The notes under the pieces are model-generated. The model saw only the letters and a list, made by a program, of their open reading frames with translations. It searched no databases and was not told the DNA's origin. A stretch of 38,975 nt of DNA, from IMG/VR virus record IMGVR_UViG_3300005804_000002, positions 1 to 38,975 of that record; one strand, 5' to 3'. How positions within the stretch are numbered: position 1 is the first letter of the stretch; each line of letters begins with the position of its first letter. Positions 26,852-35,148 of this stretch are shown piece by piece. Origin of the DNA: a virus. Lineage: Duplodnaviria > Caudoviricetes. A program made the translations under genes and the position numbers.

Positions 26852-27433
26852 TTAGTGCTGATCAAAAATTACAGCTTGGCCTTTTTTCAAATTCCAGCAA
26901 ACCTTGCAATCTTTGCAGCTACCTGCACAATCTACAGCATTCGCCGGGGTTTCCCATGTTTCGCCTTTGGCTCTTACAATGGCCTTTGGCAGATCGTCGC
27001 CCCATGTATATTCGCCCCATTGGCTAGCTACAATATTCAAGTTTTCCGGCAAGTCGCTGAAATCTAAGCTGCTGTTCTTGGTAAAAGCTAGGAATTTCAC
27101 AGCAGGAAACATTTTTGCAATTGCCTTCATGCCTTCTAGGTAGCTTTGCGAAGGAATATCACCTGCAGAATGCCATCTGAAAAATTCCATCTTTTTGGTG
27201 CGTTGGATCGTGTCGGCGATCCCTTCAAAATATGCCTTTTCGTTATCCTTCAATAATTCCCAATTACCGCCCCATGCCTCACGAACATTTTTATATTGTC
27301 TCCATGCCTTCATAGCATAGCAGTCTTTAGCGCAAGGAATGCCTTTTGGGCAGCTAATCACAGGAGGCAGGTTAACATTCATAATTTTACCAATTTTGCT
27401 ATTCCCTTTTGAAACATTTACGCAGTTAGTCAT
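26852..27433 (-). CDS. Gp88-like Fe-S/radical-SAM-like phage protein
   Basis: GNSKIG..NLPP..SCPx4Cx3CYA...FRWHSAGD...AFTK...CAGSCKDCKVCW. Confidence 0.8.
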   Translation of the reverse strand: MTNCVNVSKGNSKIGKIMNVNLPPVISCPKGIPCAKDCYAMKAWRQYKNVREAWGGNWELLKDNEKAYFEGIADTIQRTKKMEFFRWHSAGDIPSQSYLEGMKAIAKMFPAVKFLAFTKNSSLDFSDLPENLNIVASQWGEYTWGDDLPKAIVRAKGETWETPANAVDCAGSCKDCKVCWNLKKGQAVIFDQH

Positions 27434-27481
27434 TTTGATCAATTCCTTTCGTTTTGTTTTGTTTTCTTTTCTACTATATAT

Positions 27482-27508
27482 ATTCGCCGTTAAGTTATAA
27501 ATTCCTTC
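27482..27508 (-). promoter_or_regulatory. Sigma-H-type promoter
   Basis: GAAGGAATT-N11-GGCGAAT matches RNAGGAWWW-N11/12-RNNGAAT. Confidence 0.6.
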
Positions 27509-28611
27509 TTAAAAATACCCGAAAGTGATATTTTTTTAAAAAAATGTTTATGCAAAAAGGCTGATAAAATATTCGTATTATGCATAAAGGGCGATAAAAG
27601 GCAAGGGCTTATAATGGGCGAATAGGCGTATAAGGCCGTAGAATGGCCTATGATTAATTATTGACGCTATGCATATTATCATATTCGACAGGATTTATAC
27701 AGGCCTTAAAAAGGCCGGAATGATTGGAATAGATGGTAAAGAATGGTATGGTGGGCAGCGTAGCGGATCGGCAAGGGATCGGCAGCGGGTTTGCATCTGG
27801 TAGTATAAAATAATAATAGTTATTAATAAAAGACAAAAACTCATAGCATGATTATATGAAATGAAATGTAATATAATCATATCTAGTATAACTAGATCCA
27901 ATATAATAATTATTATTAATAAATCTATATACTAAATCATAATGAGTATAGATTAATAATTGATGAATAAATGATGATAGATAAGGGATAGATAAAAGGG
28001 TTAAGTTCTCAGCCATGCTGCCTACCATATAATGGCAGCATATAGGCTGTTAGCCAGAAAGGCCTAGAAGGCCTAAAAAGCTACTGTTAAAATATGGTAC
28101 TAGCAAGCAAGACCCTGTATTCTGACAGGGTTGAAGCTTTATTGTAAATACCTGTAAAATAGCATTTAAAATGCAATAGTTTGTATAAACTAATTCATAG
28201 TTAAGGCCGGGACTGTCTAACAGACCCGGTAATTTTTCGTAGACCAATTTCCGTTTTCTGGAAGGCCGGAGGCCGGTAAGACCCTCGCTCATTTTTTCTA
28301 CCATATCACTCATTATTTCCACTAATATTATGCACATATTATTCATATTCTCATTATGTTACATGAAATGTGTTAGTCATCTAACACACAAATAAATCAT
28401 CATAAAAGCTTGAAAACCATTGAGAAGACTGAAGTCTTCATATTACCTCACTGTTGTTCTACCCCAGTGGGTAATATGCTCTAGGCCAACTCCTTTTAAT
28501 AAAAATAAATAATGGGTATATTATATTACCAGTGAGAGATGGGGCGCACTGAGCGCATAATGTCATGCTATATGTAAATATTCCATACTGCGCCTCTAGC
28601 GCACAAACAAA

Positions 28612-28637
28612 AATAGAACCCAATTAAGGGTTCTATT
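28612..28637 (-). terminator. Terminator of moron gene
   Basis: AATAGAACCC-AATTAA-GGGTTCTATT. Confidence 0.75.
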
Positions 28638-28640
28638 GCT

Positions 28641-29183
28641 TTATTTGGGGTCGTAGCTTTTCCATCTTTTGAGTTTATCCTCTACGCCCAGGTCTTGAAG
28701 AGAGCCAGTGTAGTCGCCCCATTCATAATTATTGTAGGTCGTTTGGATTCTTTTTAGCGCCCAACTATCGCCCTGGAAGAGGTATGTTATTTTATGCTTA
28801 AAGACCATTGGCTTATCGTCAGATGTGTTGTCTTGCTCTGCAGTGGTTCTGTCTGGTTGCTTCTTGCCGAAGTAGGCGGTGTATGAGAAGAATACTGTTC
28901 CTTGATAGGGGCTAACGAGGGAGCTTGTTTTCTCGATATCAAATGAGTACGACCCATCTCCAACCAGTGTTGTCTTTCGCCAAGCTGGCTTGGGGTTGTA
29001 GCTGTCTACCCCATAATACACAGGGTATGAGATCGTGGCCTTGTATCCGTCTAGTATTGGCCTTAAATCCTGCTCGACTTTAGCTTGGAAGCTTGATATT
29101 AGCTGCTGCTGTTCATTGGCGTATGCGGTACAGGCCATGCACAATGTGAGCATGAGCAAAATTAGGATTCTGGATAGGCGCAT
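28641..29183 (-). CDS. Secreted hypothetical protein (moron)
   Basis: Signal peptide ending AYA; RBS AAGGAGTG; own terminator. Confidence 0.75.
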   Translation of the reverse strand: MRLSRILILLMLTLCMACTAYANEQQQLISSFQAKVEQDLRPILDGYKATISYPVYYGVDSYNPKPAWRKTTLVGDGSYSFDIEKTSSLVSPYQGTVFFSYTAYFGKKQPDRTTAEQDNTSDDKPMVFKHKITYLFQGDSWALKRIQTTYNNYEWGDYTGSLQDLGVEDKLKRWKSYDPK

Positions 29184-29376
29184 TAATATCACTCCTTAAT
29201 CTGTTTTGATCATATTTTAGCATTGAATTATTAGTAAATTCAAACTCAAATAGGCTGAATTATGTTCAATAGGCATAAAATATGTGCTGTTTTTAAATTT
29301 TTTTTGCGAAAATCATAAAAATAGTGCATAGCCTCCCTAAGAATATATATATGAAAAGACTTTCGGGAGAAAGGAT

Positions 29377-29937
29377 TTGAATATATACATTATGAGTAAT
29401 AGTAAGATAGAACAACTTGGTCTTTCTGAAAAGGTATTAGAGCTTCGTCAGAATCTCAGTCTTGAAAAGACTGCTGAAGTAATTAACACGAAGTATCTAC
29501 CAGATGGAGCTGAACCAATCAATGCGATGACCATCTTGCGGTGGGAAAGAGCTAATAATGCAGTTCCAGAAGTGCAGGGGCAAGCCCCTGTTGCTATGCA
29601 ACAAGTCAATGCATGGGCTGAGATGGTAACACTTAAGAATCGCAGCGAGAAGAACATTCAGCGGTTGAACAAGCTAATTGAAGAACTTCGCCACGATCAA
29701 GAGCGACTATCTGACTTGGCATCAATCTCTAACGCTTATGTCAGCGCAATGAAACAGCATCAGTCGATCACAAACGATATTGCAAAGTTTCAGCGTGAGA
29801 TGGTTAAGGTTGAGAATGTTAAGAGGGTAGTTGGCCTAATGATGAAGATTCTGCAGCAGTACCCGGAAGTGTGGAATGAGTTCCTATTGGAGCTTCGCAA
29901 GCACGAAGAGGAATATCAACTTATGAATATGCTGTAA
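29377..29937 (+). CDS. Putative terminase small subunit
   Basis: N-terminal HTH-like region plus coiled coil; first gene of the late operon; positional inference. Confidence 0.5.
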   Translation: MNIYIMSNSKIEQLGLSEKVLELRQNLSLEKTAEVINTKYLPDGAEPINAMTILRWERANNAVPEVQGQAPVAMQQVNAWAEMVTLKNRSEKNIQRLNKLIEELRHDQERLSDLASISNAYVSAMKQHQSITNDIAKFQREMVKVENVKRVVGLMMKILQQYPEVWNEFLLELRKHEEEYQLMNML

Positions 29938-29949
29938 GGGAGATAGCTG

Positions 29950-30651
29950 ATGGCTAGAAAGAAAAACGAAGTATTTGAGGCATGGCAGAAAGAGAATATG
30001 CTGCAGTCACGACAACTGATGAAAACGCCACCTAAACTTCAAGCCTTGAAGAGGGATTTGCTTGATCCTTCTAAGAGGCTTATTTTTATTGTTGGCCTAC
30101 CATCTACTGGTAAAACCAAATGCACGATTGAGCTAGGTGTTGAGCAAGTCCTTGCCGGGAAGTATGGCAAGCTTGTCTTAATCAGGCCTATTCTGATTCC
30201 TGAGTTTGGTTATTTGCCGGGGGATGCCGAAAGCAAAATGGCTTACTACTTACGGCAAGCAAAGGTTTATGTTGATGGCAGCACACTTGAGGGCTTTAGG
30301 AAGTTGGTTGAGGCCGACAAGATTGAAATCCTTCCTGCCGATCAGCTACAGGGTTCTCGATTCTTCGATTGCTTTGTGGTGGCAGACGAATTTCAAAACA
30401 TTCCCGAAGAGTACGCATTTAAATTCCTTAGTCGTGTAGGCGAGGGATGTAAGTTTGCTGTGATTGGCGATATCTCAAGAGGGCAAGCAAATAAGAAGAT
30501 CAGACAGGGGGCTACCTTACTAGACTATGGTCTGAGCAAATTTGCTGAGAAGGCTTATGCCTCCTGTCATCGTTTTTATGATGAGGAGGATATTCTGGGC
30601 GATCCAGAAACAATCGACATCATTAAGACGATGTTGCCAGACTTTGTATAG
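29950..30651 (+). CDS. phoH: PhoH-family ATPase
   Basis: GLPSTGKT, LIRP, GYLPGD, DEFQN, SRVGEGCK..VIGD. Confidence 0.9.
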   Translation: MARKKNEVFEAWQKENMLQSRQLMKTPPKLQALKRDLLDPSKRLIFIVGLPSTGKTKCTIELGVEQVLAGKYGKLVLIRPILIPEFGYLPGDAESKMAYYLRQAKVYVDGSTLEGFRKLVEADKIEILPADQLQGSRFFDCFVVADEFQNIPEEYAFKFLSRVGEGCKFAVIGDISRGQANKKIRQGATLLDYGLSKFAEKAYASCHRFYDEEDILGDPETIDIIKTMLPDFV

Positions 30652-30660
30652 GGTGAAAGC

Positions 30661-30813
30661 ATGGACTACAACGATTTAGAGCGTAAGATTAAGAGATTCA
30701 ATCCAAAGAAAAGAAAGCTTGATAAACTGCGTAAGACCGAATGGCAACGCTATGGATATGAGGATGAGCTAGATGGCAAGACCGCAGAAGACCAAAATAG
30801 AGATAATGAGTGA
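30661..30813 (+). CDS. Small charged protein (50 aa)
   Basis: RBS AGGGTG; MDYNDLERKIKRF. Confidence 0.45.
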   Translation: MDYNDLERKIKRFNPKKRKLDKLRKTEWQRYGYEDELDGKTAEDQNRDNE

Positions 30814-30961
30814 TGGCACTCAAAAAGGAACAAAAGTACTTCTCAATGGCACTGAAATACGGTGCTTTGGGCTTGTGTTCCGTGGTGATCGGATCAATGG
30901 ATATGAAATTACATTTGATCTGACTGAGCCAGAAGAGGGCGATGCTCAAACGGGGCGATGA
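30773..30961 (+). CDS. Hypothetical protein
   Basis: 62-aa ORF; stop codon overlaps tRNA 5' end. Confidence 0.5.
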   Translation: MARPQKTKIEIMSDGTQKGTKVLLNGTEIRCFGLVFRGDRINGYEITFDLTEPEEGDAQTGR

Positions 30962-31025
30962 TGTAATGGTAGCATAACTGACTCCAAATCAGTTTGTCTT
31001 GGTTCAATTCCAAGTCGCTTTGCCA
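30952..31025 (+). tRNA. tRNA-Trp (CCA)
   Basis: D stem ATGT/GCAT, anticodon arm ACTGA-CTCCAAA-TCAGT, T arm CTTGG-TTCAATT-CCAAG, ends G-CCA. Confidence 0.88.
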
Positions 31026-31147
31026 AACAAATTAACGGCATGACCACAGCACCGTGTAGCCGGGGTTTGAGTAGCTACCATGCTGTAATATTATAAGATG
31101 CCCCGGTTAGCTGTGTGCGCCGGGGTTTTTGCCAAGGAGGTGAGCAT

Positions 31148-32761
31148 ATGGCTAGAAAGCAAATTGGGGGCAGCAGCATCTTTGGCGAATTCATCAAGGT
31201 TGCAACTCCATTAGAGGTTGAAACCGAAGAGGAAAAGCGAGCCAGGAGAAAGCAACAATGCGCTACCAATATGGCTTTATTCGCCAAGACTTACTTCCCC
31301 GAAATATTCAAATCAGATTTTTGTGAGTTTCACACAGAAATCATTGAGAGCATCCAAAACACGATCCTTTATAACAAGGACAAGAAGAACTACTACTGTC
31401 GGAGTGCGCCTCGTGGTCACGGCAAGAGCCAAGTCATTTCATTCCTGCTGATTCTCTGGTGCATCTGCTATGCGTATAAGAAGAACATCCTTCTGGTGTC
31501 AGACACAAACGACCAAGCAAAGCAGTTCATTATGGCGATTAAGCAAGAGCTTGAGGACAATGACTTGCTGCGAGAGGACTTTGGGGATTTAGTTGGTAGG
31601 ATTGTATGGTCGCAGGACAAGATTGTTACCGCAAACGATATCCAAGTGTTTGGTCGTGGCGCAGGACAAAAGCTGCGTGGTGTTAAGTACAGAAATACTC
31701 GTCCAGACCTTGTAATTATCGACGATCTTGAGAACGATGAATCTGTTGAAACCGAGGCGCAGCGCAAAAAGCTACGCAACTGGTTCTTAAAGGCATTGAT
31801 GCCAGTTGGTAATCCTCAAACGGACTTTGTTTATATCGGCACTGTCTTGCACTATGAATCACTGCTGCAAGAATTGCTGACCAGTAAGAAGTTCTCGAAC
31901 TGGAACAGGAAAAGATATCAGGCCGTTTACAAGTTCTCAAGCTCTCCTTTATGGGATGAGTGGGAGAGGATTATGTCTGACATAAGTCGTGAAGACCCTG
32001 CAGAGGATGCGTACAATTTCTATAAGACCAATCGTAATGAGATGATTGGCGACACGGAAACACTGTGGCCTAGCTCTGATCCAGATTACTACTACAATCT
32101 TATGATTATGCGGTGGCAGGACGAGGAGGCGTTTGCCTCTGAGTATCAAAACGATCCTATCTCTGATAAGTTAAGGGTTTTCCCAGAAGAGTGGATTCAG
32201 TACTGGGAAGAGCTGCCTGAGATTGTGGAGGTTCATGGGGCGATTGATCCATCAATGGGCAAGGATAAATCAGACCGTGCAGCCATCATTTGGCTTGGTA
32301 AAAGCCGTGATAATTATCTCTATGCTATGGAGGTAATTATGGGGAGATACAAGCCCGATGTTCTTATTGATATGCTGATCGCCGGGGCAATTAAGTACCA
32401 AGACAAGCTCAAGAGTCTTACCGTTGAAACAGTTCAATTTCAGGCCATGTTTAAGGATGAGCTGCAGAAGAGGGCAATGAATATCGGCCTTCCGCTGCCA
32501 ATTGAGGAATTCAATGATAAGACAGATAAGCACTTGAGAATTCGTGGCCTAGCCCCGAAGATCAAGAACGGATATGTGAAATTCAATCGTAATCAGCTTG
32601 CTCTGCTGAATGAATTACGCCGATTTCCCAAGTCTTCGGACGATGGCCTTGATGCGTTGCAAATGGCAGTATCGAATGCTTATCCTGCGGTAAGTGGATT
32701 GGTGTTCGGGAAGGTTGATTATGGTTCTGGGCAGTACTATCGATTCAATTATTCAATGTAA
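31148..32761 (+). CDS. terL: Terminase large subunit
   Basis: APRGHGKS, GQKLRG, IIDDLE, IGT, EYQNDP, AIDPS, DDGLDA; RBS AAGGAGGTG. Confidence 0.95.
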   Translation: MARKQIGGSSIFGEFIKVATPLEVETEEEKRARRKQQCATNMALFAKTYFPEIFKSDFCEFHTEIIESIQNTILYNKDKKNYYCRSAPRGHGKSQVISFLLILWCICYAYKKNILLVSDTNDQAKQFIMAIKQELEDNDLLREDFGDLVGRIVWSQDKIVTANDIQVFGRGAGQKLRGVKYRNTRPDLVIIDDLENDESVETEAQRKKLRNWFLKALMPVGNPQTDFVYIGTVLHYESLLQELLTSKKFSNWNRKRYQAVYKFSSSPLWDEWERIMSDISREDPAEDAYNFYKTNRNEMIGDTETLWPSSDPDYYYNLMIMRWQDEEAFASEYQNDPISDKLRVFPEEWIQYWEELPEIVEVHGAIDPSMGKDKSDRAAIIWLGKSRDNYLYAMEVIMGRYKPDVLIDMLIAGAIKYQDKLKSLTVETVQFQAMFKDELQKRAMNIGLPLPIEEFNDKTDKHLRIRGLAPKIKNGYVKFNRNQLALLNELRRFPKSSDDGLDALQMAVSNAYPAVSGLVFGKVDYGSGQYYRFNYSM

Positions 32762-32770
32762 GGAGGTGAT

Positions 32771-34102
32771 ATGTTGGAGCTGACAATGTTTGGTTATGAA
32801 TTGCGATTTGGCAGACCAAAGAAGCAGCCAGAGCGACAAACGACTCAGCCATTCTTTTCGGTGTTTCCGATGAGTATTGGCAAGTCTAAGCAGACACAAA
32901 AGAAACCGAATGCAGAGGTTCTGCGAAGGTTTGCTAACACCTCTATTCCAAGAAGAGCTATTAATCTCGTAAAGGACGGAGTGCTTGGGCTACCGTGGGA
33001 GATTGCCAAGCTTGATCCAAACGATAAGACCGACTACACGGATATTGTTAAAATGATCAGCGGTATCATCCGAAACCCTAACGATATTGATACTTACAAG
33101 TCGTTCTGGGGTGCTTTACTGGAGGATACTCTTGTCGGGGATTGCGGATCGGCAGAAGTAGTTAAGGCAGGACGGATAGATAAGCCATTATACTTATTCC
33201 CTGTTGATGGCTTCACTATGGAGTTTGTAGAGGGTTGGTGTGGTCAGCCGGACTATCCCCGGTTCGCACAGACGCAAGGATTTGCAAAGAAGTCCTACTT
33301 CATGGATAACGATATCCTCTACATTAAGAAAAACTCCTTTACCCATGTGCCGTGGGGCTTATCCCCACTGGAGGCAGCTTTCCGATATGTTGATTATCTG
33401 CTCAATGCTCAGATTTACGCTAACTCCGTTACTGGTAAGGGGTTGCCTAAATTTATCCTTAACCTGGGCGAGAATGTGAATGATGTTCAAATTCAAGCAT
33501 TTAGAAGATACTTGCTTGATGATATCTATGGCACTGGCAATCTCCCTGTGATCGGTGGGACGAAGGGTGCTAATGCAATGCAGATCGGTGCTATCAATGA
33601 TGATGGCCTTTATCTGGCATGGCAGCACTTTCTGATTAGCATTATCGCATTCACTTTTGGGATTGACCCCAAGAAGCTAGGTGAGGGTTCTGCAACAGAC
33701 AGATCAACGGTTGAGGAGCAAAACGCCAACATTCTCCAAGAGGCAATTAAGCCTTACGCAGAGGTTGTGGCTGATGCTATCAATAAAAAAATTCTTGCTC
33801 GATTAGGCCTTGATAATGTTTTAGAGTTTCGATTTGTTTTTGAGGAGACTTTAAAGCAGAAGAAGGAAAAGGCTGATATCGTAATTTCCAAGTTTCAAGC
33901 TGATGCCATTACCCAAAACGAGATGAGAGCAGAGCTTGGGTACGAGCCACTAAAGACTAAGTACTCAAACCTTACCTATAGCGAGATGAAATCCGCTATT
34001 AATAAGGACTACCTGCCGGAACAGTCAACTGGAGGATTTAATGGCGTAGGTAAGAACAGGAAAGAGGACGCAGCAGGGAAGGGAGGTGACAAGAGTGGAT
34101 AA
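32771..34102 (+). CDS. Portal protein
   Basis: Follows terL; PWGLSPLEAA, ITQNEMRAELGYEP. Confidence 0.9.
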   Translation: MLELTMFGYELRFGRPKKQPERQTTQPFFSVFPMSIGKSKQTQKKPNAEVLRRFANTSIPRRAINLVKDGVLGLPWEIAKLDPNDKTDYTDIVKMISGIIRNPNDIDTYKSFWGALLEDTLVGDCGSAEVVKAGRIDKPLYLFPVDGFTMEFVEGWCGQPDYPRFAQTQGFAKKSYFMDNDILYIKKNSFTHVPWGLSPLEAAFRYVDYLLNAQIYANSVTGKGLPKFILNLGENVNDVQIQAFRRYLLDDIYGTGNLPVIGGTKGANAMQIGAINDDGLYLAWQHFLISIIAFTFGIDPKKLGEGSATDRSTVEEQNANILQEAIKPYAEVVADAINKKILARLGLDNVLEFRFVFEETLKQKKEKADIVISKFQADAITQNEMRAELGYEPLKTKYSNLTYSEMKSAINKDYLPEQSTGGFNGVGKNRKEDAAGKGGDKSG

Positions 34103-35084
34103 GAGGTTTTTGCTTAGTATTCAAAACTTCCAATTTAATGATGGGGAAGTAACCCACATTAATAAGATGCCCTTCTCTGGCACTGTGGCCTTTGTCGATA
34201 CGCCTAGTGACGGATCGCCATGTGGCGCAGGTGGGAAGAAGGTAGTATTCGCCAAGGATGCAGTTGAAAGAGCCATCGATACCTTTGTTGGTATGGGGGT
34301 AAATTGCGTTTACAACGACAGAAATCCTTGGAACGAACCGCAAGATTGCCTTACAGGACACGATGAACGATTCAAGATCGGAATGGTCGAGAGTGCAGTT
34401 GTCGATGGCAATGAAGTTAAGGTCGAGGGCATTTTATGGCGATATGATTTCTCTGATGTGTGCCAAATGATTAAGAATGCAAAAGAATCGCTCGGCTTTA
34501 GCGTAGAAGTAGTTGCCAATAAGGTAGAAGAGGTTGATGACTATCTTCTTGTCACCGACTTGGTGTTTACCGGGGTTGCTATTTTATATGCTGACCTCGG
34601 AGCATTTAAACAAACTAGACTAATTGCTCAAAGGAGTGGTGCTATGAATGAGGAACAAGTAAAGGCACTGGTTGCCGAGGCCGTTCAAGCAGTGGAGGTT
34701 AAGCTCTCTGAGGCCTTGGAGGCAGCAAACGCAAAAATTGAAGAGCTAAGTGTTTCCTTAAATGATGCAAATGCAAAGGCTGATGAGTTTAAAGCTCAAG
34801 CCGAGGGCATTGAAGCATTGAAGGCTGACAATAATGCTCTGAAGGCTGAAAACGCCGAACTAAAGGAAAAGGTGGAAGGCCTTGGCCTGGAGCTTGCCGA
34901 TGTGAAGGCAAAGAAAGTTGATAAGGTTGAACGCAAATCCATGCAATTTGCAACTATCGCCAAATACGGCGAAGACAAATCTTTGGATGTGCTGTGCAGC
35001 GAAATCTCCGATGACAAGGAGCTTACCCCTGCTCAAAAATGGGCATTGAAACTACAGGCTTGGAAAAAAGATCAAGCTGAGTAG
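34086..35084 (+). CDS. Prohead protease/scaffold
   Basis: GH...LGFSVE catalytic-like motifs followed by long coiled coil. Confidence 0.75.
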   Translation: MTRVDKRFLLSIQNFQFNDGEVTHINKMPFSGTVAFVDTPSDGSPCGAGGKKVVFAKDAVERAIDTFVGMGVNCVYNDRNPWNEPQDCLTGHDERFKIGMVESAVVDGNEVKVEGILWRYDFSDVCQMIKNAKESLGFSVEVVANKVEEVDDYLLVTDLVFTGVAILYADLGAFKQTRLIAQRSGAMNEEQVKALVAEAVQAVEVKLSEALEAANAKIEELSVSLNDANAKADEFKAQAEGIEALKADNNALKAENAELKEKVEGLGLELADVKAKKVDKVERKSMQFATIAKYGEDKSLDVLCSEISDDKELTPAQKWALKLQAWKKDQAE

Positions 35085-35148
35085 TTCTTTTTTATTTCCC
35101 TAAAAGTATGCATTAAGCGAATAGTTGTATTTGAAAGGATGATGTGGA

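Noticed and set aside
27654-28346. ORFs 27654-27836, 27695-27901 and 28050-28346
   Set aside because: No RBS, atypical low-complexity composition; region treated as non-coding
31026-31090. Theta/HDV-like ribozyme at the tRNA 3' end
   Set aside because: Could not build the HDV nested double pseudoknot, and the structure starts ~10 nt after CCA; kept only as an unclassified structure
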